Source: Cylindrospermopsis raciborskii Cr2010 (GTDB taxonomy: Bacteria; Cyanobacteriota; Cyanobacteriia; Cyanobacteriales; Nostocaceae). Taken from it: 32,000 nt of DNA. The notes beneath the pieces are model-generated. The model was not told the origin of the DNA, ran no database searches, and was given only the letters and a program-made list of their open reading frames with translations. Both the position numbers and the translations under genes were made by a program. Location: positions 510,001 through 542,000 of the forward strand of contig NZ_CP065936.1 in NCBI RefSeq assembly GCF_003367075.2, read 5' to 3'. This document shows positions 27,170 to 32,000 of the stretch, one piece after another (the first letter of the stretch is position 1; each line of letters opens with the position of its first letter).

Positions 27170-28281
27170 CTGCAACAAATTCTTGCTTCCGGTAAAATCA
27201 ACATAGCATCACCAAAAGAATAGAAACGATATCTAGATGCGATCGCCTGTTTATAAATACCTAATAATCTTTCTCGACCAATTAGGGAACTAACTAACAT
27301 AAGCAAACTAGAACGAGGTAGATGAAAGTTAGTAATAAGACCTTCCACGACACGCCACTGATAGCCTGGATAAATAAAAAGATTAACTTTGCCTGTATAT
27401 GGTTGTAAAGAACCAGTTTGGGCAGAACCTTCTAAAGCGCGAACTACCGTAGTACCAACCGCAATAATTCGCCCTCCAGCATTTTTGGTAGAGTAAATCT
27501 TCTCTACCAAATCCCCACTAACTTCTATCCATTCTTCATGCATTTGGTGGGTAGTAACATCTTCCACTTCCACTGGTCGAAATGTGCCGACACCAACATG
27601 TAAAGTGAGAAACTCCTGTTCAATACCGCGCTCCCGCAATTTGACCAATAGTTCTGGTGTAAAGTGAAGTCCTGCTGTGGGAGCTGCCACAGCACCGTCG
27701 TATTTAGCATATACAGTTTGATATTGCTCCTCCAGCGCATGAGAATTATTAATATAAGGTGGTAAAGGAACCTCCCCCAATTTGTGTAATAAATGGAGCA
27801 AAGAAACATTTATAGGCAAATCAAATTGCAACAATCTACCGCCCGTATTCTCATCCCGTTCAATCACCCTAGCAGTGAATTGGGGTATTAATTTATCCGC
27901 AGAGGATAATCCCTGATCATCAAAAATAATTTCAGTTCCGACGTTAAAATATTTACCTGGTTTAACCAATGCCAACCAACAATTATGTTGTTTTTCTTCC
28001 AAAAGTAACACTTCCACCCTTGCTCCTGTAGACTTGCGACCATATAGTCGAGCGGGGATAACTCGTGTATTATTCATCACTAATAAATCCCCAGGTTTTA
28101 ATAATTCTGGTAGATCTCTAAAAATGTGGTCTAGAGGAGGTGTGGAGGTTCCCGTATTGGGGGAATTAATCACCATTAAGCGAGAACTGTCTCTGGGAAC
28201 CACGGGGTTCTGGGCAATTAATTCTGGAGGTAGTTCATAGTCATATCCAGATAATGAGATATCTAGGTCACTATTTTGCAT
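27166..28281 (-). CDS. queA: S-adenosylmethionine:tRNA ribosyltransferase-isomerase
   Basis: LSGYDYELPPELIAQNPVVPRDSSRLMV, FHDMF-like LDHIFRDLPELLKPGDLLVMNNTRVIPARL, VGVGTFRPVEVEDV. Confidence 0.96.
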   Translation of the reverse strand: MQNSDLDISLSGYDYELPPELIAQNPVVPRDSSRLMVINSPNTGTSTPPLDHIFRDLPELLKPGDLLVMNNTRVIPARLYGRKSTGARVEVLLLEEKQHNCWLALVKPGKYFNVGTEIIFDDQGLSSADKLIPQFTARVIERDENTGGRLLQFDLPINVSLLHLLHKLGEVPLPPYINNSHALEEQYQTVYAKYDGAVAAPTAGLHFTPELLVKLRERGIEQEFLTLHVGVGTFRPVEVEDVTTHQMHEEWIEVSGDLVEKIYSTKNAGGRIIAVGTTVVRALEGSAQTGSLQPYTGKVNLFIYPGYQWRVVEGLITNFHLPRSSLLMLVSSLIGRERLLGIYKQAIASRYRFYSFGDAMLILPEARICCS

Positions 28282-28439
28282 TCTTATTCTTTGAATTAGG
28301 ATATTTAATGTCTAAATGCTTCATATTAGCATCAAGGTTTTTTAAGTGCTGTCAGAGATTAATCTGACAACTCTGGGAGATGAAAGAGCTAATTGGCGTT
28401 CATAAAGCTATAATTGTACATCCTAGGGGAGGTGTCAAT

Positions 28440-29194
28440 ATGAGGAAGAATTTCCCCAGAGAATGTACATCTATAATTATCGTGCTTTTAACCTAAATCA
28501 AAAACCGGTGATTAGTCTGGCAATTCTGGGAGATGAGAGAGCTGATTGGCAACCAGAAAGTTATAATCATAGCTTATGAGGGTGTGAAGTAACCCTGAAA
28601 TTCCCCATAGTAAAATTACTCAGCTATGAAGCCAAATGGTCAGAGCTAGAAGAAAGTAATAATCCTTTTGCTATCATAGTGATGGCACATTTAAAGACAA
28701 AAGCAACCACCCGGAACCTAGGGGAGAGAGAAAAATGGAAATGGAGTTTAATCAGGGGATTATATGATAAGGGGTTCGATAGAGAGCAAATAATTCGATT
28801 ATTTGGGATAATTGACATCATGATGGAGTTACCCAAAAAGTTACAGGAAAGTTTGGATAGTAAGATAAAGACATTTGAGGAGGATAGAAAGATGCCGTTA
28901 TTAACTAATATGGAGTTAAGAGGAATAGAAACTGGTAAGGAAATCGGTAAGGAAATCGGGAGGGAAATTGGCATATTAGAAAAAGCTCATGAAGATGTGA
29001 AGCTGGTGTTGAGAACAAGATTGGGTGACATACCAGTGAAAATTGAGCAAGCTGTGGATAAAATATCAGTATTGTCTATTTTAGATAAGCTGTTAAAAGT
29101 GGCAATCAAAGTTGATTGTTTTGAGGACTTTCATCAATCCTTAGTCAAATTGTCTCCTAAAGTTCCCGAATCAAATGAGTCAGATAAGAGCTAA
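28440..29194 (+). pseudogene. Rpn/YhgA-like PD-(D/E)XK family protein, copy A, N-terminus missing
   Basis: Homologous to 29175-30215 from the EEFPQRMYIYNYRAF region onward, broken at AATCATAGCTTATGAGGG versus AATCATAACATAGGAGGG in copy B; residual ORF 28679..29194. Confidence 0.82.
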
Positions 29195-30215
29195 TTATGA
29201 CGAACCATGGAAAGAAGCATTAACCGAGTATTTTGAACAATTTTTGCTCTTCTTCTTTCCTTCAATTCACCAATTAATCAATTGGGAAAAAATCCCCGAG
29301 TCTCTGGATAAAGAATTACAAAGAGTCACAGCTTCTTCAAAAACGGAAAAACGCTATGCAGATAAACTATACAAGGTTTGGCTGGTTAGTGGAGAAGAAA
29401 TGTGGGTGTTAATTCATATTGAAATTCAAAGTCAATATGAGGAAGAATTTCCCCAGAGAATGTACATCTATAATTATCGTGCTTTTGACCTAAATCAAAA
29501 ACCGGTGATTAGTTTGGCAATTCTGGGAGATGAGAGAGCTGATTGGCAACCAGAAAGTTATAATCATAACATAGGAGGGTGTGAAGTAACCCTGAAATTC
29601 CCCATAGTAAAATTACTCAGCTATGAAGCCAAATGGTCAGAGCTAGAAGAAAGTAATAATCCTTTTGCTATCATAGTGATGGCACATTTAAAGACAAAAG
29701 CAACCACCCGGAACCTAGGGGAGAGAGAAAAATGGAAATGGAGTTTAATCAGGGGATTATATGATAAGGGGTTCGATAGAGAGCAAATAATTCGATTATT
29801 TGGGATAATTGACATTATGATGGAGTTACCCAAAAAGTTACAGGAAAGTTTGGATAGTAAGATAAAGACATTTGAGGAGGATAGAAAGATGCCGTTATTA
29901 ACTAATATGGAGTTAAGAGGAATAGAGACTGGTAAGGAAATTGGCAAGGAAATTGGTAAGGAAATTGGTAAGGAAATTGGTGAGGGAATTGGCATATTGA
30001 AAAATGCCCGTGATTATGTGAAGCTGGTGTTGAGAACAAGATTGGGTGACATACCAGTGAAAATTGAGCAAGCTGTGGATAAAATATCAGTATTGTCTAT
30101 TTTAGATGAGCTGTTAAAAGTGGCAATCAAAGTTGATTGTTTTGAGGACTTTCATCAATCCTTAGTCAAATTGTCTCCTAAAGTTCCCGAATCAAATGAG
30201 TCAGATAAGAGCTAA
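29175..30215 (+). CDS. Rpn/YhgA-like PD-(D/E)XK nuclease family protein, copy B (only intact copy)
   Basis: 346 aa; NYDEPWKEALTEYFEQFLLFFFPSIHQLINWEK...KLYKVWLVSGEEMWVLIHIEIQSQYEEEFPQRMYIYNYRAF...PVISLAILGDE. Confidence 0.85.
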   Translation: MSQIRANYDEPWKEALTEYFEQFLLFFFPSIHQLINWEKIPESLDKELQRVTASSKTEKRYADKLYKVWLVSGEEMWVLIHIEIQSQYEEEFPQRMYIYNYRAFDLNQKPVISLAILGDERADWQPESYNHNIGGCEVTLKFPIVKLLSYEAKWSELEESNNPFAIIVMAHLKTKATTRNLGEREKWKWSLIRGLYDKGFDREQIIRLFGIIDIMMELPKKLQESLDSKIKTFEEDRKMPLLTNMELRGIETGKEIGKEIGKEIGKEIGEGIGILKNARDYVKLVLRTRLGDIPVKIEQAVDKISVLSILDELLKVAIKVDCFEDFHQSLVKLSPKVPESNESDKS

Positions 30216-30805
30216 TTATGACGAACCATGGAAAGAAGCATTAACCGAGTATTTTGAACAATTCTTCTTCTTCTTTCCTTCAATTCACCAATTAAGTGGG
30301 TGAAAAGACAAAAGCAACCACCCGGAACCTAGGGGAGAGAGAAAAATGGAAATGGAGTTTAATCAGGGGATTATATGATAAGGGGTTCGATAGAGAGCAA
30401 ATAATTCGATTATTTGGGATAATTGACATCATGATGGAGTTACCCAAAAAGTTACAGGAAAGTTTGGATAGTAAGATAAAGACATTTGAGGAGGATAGAA
30501 AGATGCCGTTATTAACTAATATGGAGTTAAGAGGAATAGAAACTGGTAAGGAAATCGGTAAGGAAATCGGGAGGGAAATTGGCATATTAGAAAAAGCTCA
30601 TGAAGATGTGAAGCTGGTGTTGAGAACAAGATTGGGTGACATACCAGTGAAAATTGAGCAAGCTGTGGATAAAATATCAGTATTGTCTATTTTAGATGAG
30701 CTGTTAAAAGTGGCAATCAAAGTTGATTGTTTTGAGGACTTTCATCAATCCTTAGTCAAATTGTCTCCTAAAGTTCCCGAATCAAATGAGTCAGATAAGA
30801 GCTAA
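30196..30805 (+). pseudogene. Rpn/YhgA-like family, copy C, large internal deletion
   Basis: Starts as MSQIRANYDEPWKEALTEYFEQFFFFFPSIHQLSG-stop, then joins directly to ACAAAAGCAACCACCCGG; the nuclease core is deleted. Confidence 0.85.
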
Positions 30806-31756
30806 TTATGACGAACCATGGAAAGAAGCATTAACCGAGTATTTTGAACAATTCTTCTTCTTCTTTCCTTCAATTCACCAATTAAGTGGGTGAGTGGAAT
30901 TAAATATAAGATCAACGTAGGTTGGGTTGAAGTATGAAACCCAACATCCCCATGGGTCTCGTTACTCGACCCACCCTACAAATAATTGTGCCTCCCTTAT
31001 AATTATCGTGCTTTTGACCTAAATCAAAAACCGGTGATTAGTTTGGCAATTCTGGGAGATGAGAGAGCTGATTGGCAACCAGAAAGTTATAATCATAACA
31101 TAGGAGGGTGTGAAGTAACCCTGAAATTCCCCATAGTAAAATTACTCAGCTATGAAGCCAAATGGTCAGAGCTAGAAGAAAGTAATAATCCTTTTGCTAT
31201 CATAGTGATGGCACATTTAAAGACAAAAGCAACCACCCGGAACCTAGGGGAGAGAGAAAAATGGAAATGGAGTTTAATCAGGGGATTATATGATAAGGGG
31301 TTCGATAGAGAGCAAATAATTCGATTATTTGGGATAATTGACATTATGATGGAGTTACCCAAAAAGTTACAGGAAAGTTTGGATAGTAAGATAAAGACAT
31401 TTGAGGAGGATAGAAAGATGCCGTTATTAACTAATATGGAGTTAAGAGGAATAGAGACTGGTAAGGAAATTGGCAAGGAAATTGGTAAGGAAATTGGTAA
31501 GGAAATTGGTAAGGAAATTGGTGAGGGAATTGGCATATTGAAAAATGCCCGTGATTATGTGAAGCTGGTGTTGAGAACAAGATTGGGTGACATACCAGTG
31601 AAAATTGAGCAAGCTGTGGATAAAATATCAGTATTGTCTATTTTAGATGAGCTGTTAAAAGTGGCAATCAAAGTTGATTGTTTTGAGGACTTTCATCAAT
31701 CCTTAGTCAAATTGTCTCCTAAAGTTCCCGAATCAAATGAGTCAGATAAGAGCTAA
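30786..31756 (+). pseudogene. Rpn/YhgA-like family, copy D, N-terminus replaced
   Basis: Same premature stop after IHQLSG; resumes at CTTATAATTATCGTGCTTTTGACC after a 63-bp hairpin element. Confidence 0.85.
30917..30979. repeat. 63-bp imperfect hairpin element, copy 1
   Basis: GTAGGTTGGGTTGAAGTATGAAACCC...GGGTCTCGTTACTCGACCCACCCTAC; 26-bp imperfect inverted arms. Confidence 0.88.
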
Positions 31757-32000
31757 TTATGACGAACCATGGAAAGAAGCATTAACCGAGTATTTTGAAC
31801 AATTCTTCTTCTTCTTTCCTTCAATTCACCAATTAAGTGGGTGAGTGGAATTAAATATAAGATCAACGTAGGTTGGGTTGAAGTATGAAACCCAACATCC
31901 CCATGGGTCTCGTTACTCGACCCACCCTACAAATAATTGTGCCTCCCTTATAATTATCGTGCTTTTGACCTAAATCAAAAACCGGTGATTAGTTTGGCAA
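31737..32000 (+). pseudogene. Rpn/YhgA-like family, copy E, runs off the window
   Basis: Sequence follows copy D across the start, premature stop, hairpin and re-entry point up to the window end. Confidence 0.8.
31868..31930. repeat. 63-bp imperfect hairpin element, copy 2
   Basis: Same sequence as 30917-30979; offset 951 bp. Confidence 0.88.

Noticed and set aside
28624-31536. Minus-strand ORFs MPISLPISLPISLPVSIPLNS... in the Rpn array
   Set aside because: Low-complexity antisense translation of the GKEI minisatellite, repeated with every copy.

Overview
Cyanobacterial chromosome segment, probably filamentous Nostocales (inferred from a hetF-like gene with an NsiR1-like array, petBD and GCGATCGC/HIP1 sites). 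Left part (about 1-8440) is a rearranged accessory block. It holds polysaccharide-type genes (glycosyltransferases, methyltransferase, truncated asnB), an IS5-like fragment, a bounded IS1-family element (565-1320), a 91-bp MITE matching that IS1 element's ends, a ~174-bp tandem repeat next to a hicAB module, and a bounded IS630-family element (7394-8440). Both IS elements sit between truncated genes. Middle and right parts (9075-28281) are mostly core genes: ctpA-like protease, petB-petD, anti-sigma factor, pyrE, GNAT, DUF4335/DUF3038, apt, ABC permease, glnB, hetF-like CHAT protease, hemD, cobA, two tocopherol-pathway genes, a Trk/Ktr K+ uptake pair and queA. Upstream of hetF are three tandem 59-nt small RNA units, each with TCCGGA exactly 36 nt upstream and a Rho-independent terminator; these look like NsiR1. 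The right end (28440-32000) is a tandem array of Rpn/YhgA-like nuclease genes with one intact copy, several truncated copies, a 12-bp coding minisatellite and a 63-bp hairpin element. No wholly new multi-gene defence system could be supported. The strongest signals are the NsiR1-like array, the TSD-flanked MITE that rewrites a methyltransferase C-terminus, and the decaying Rpn array.
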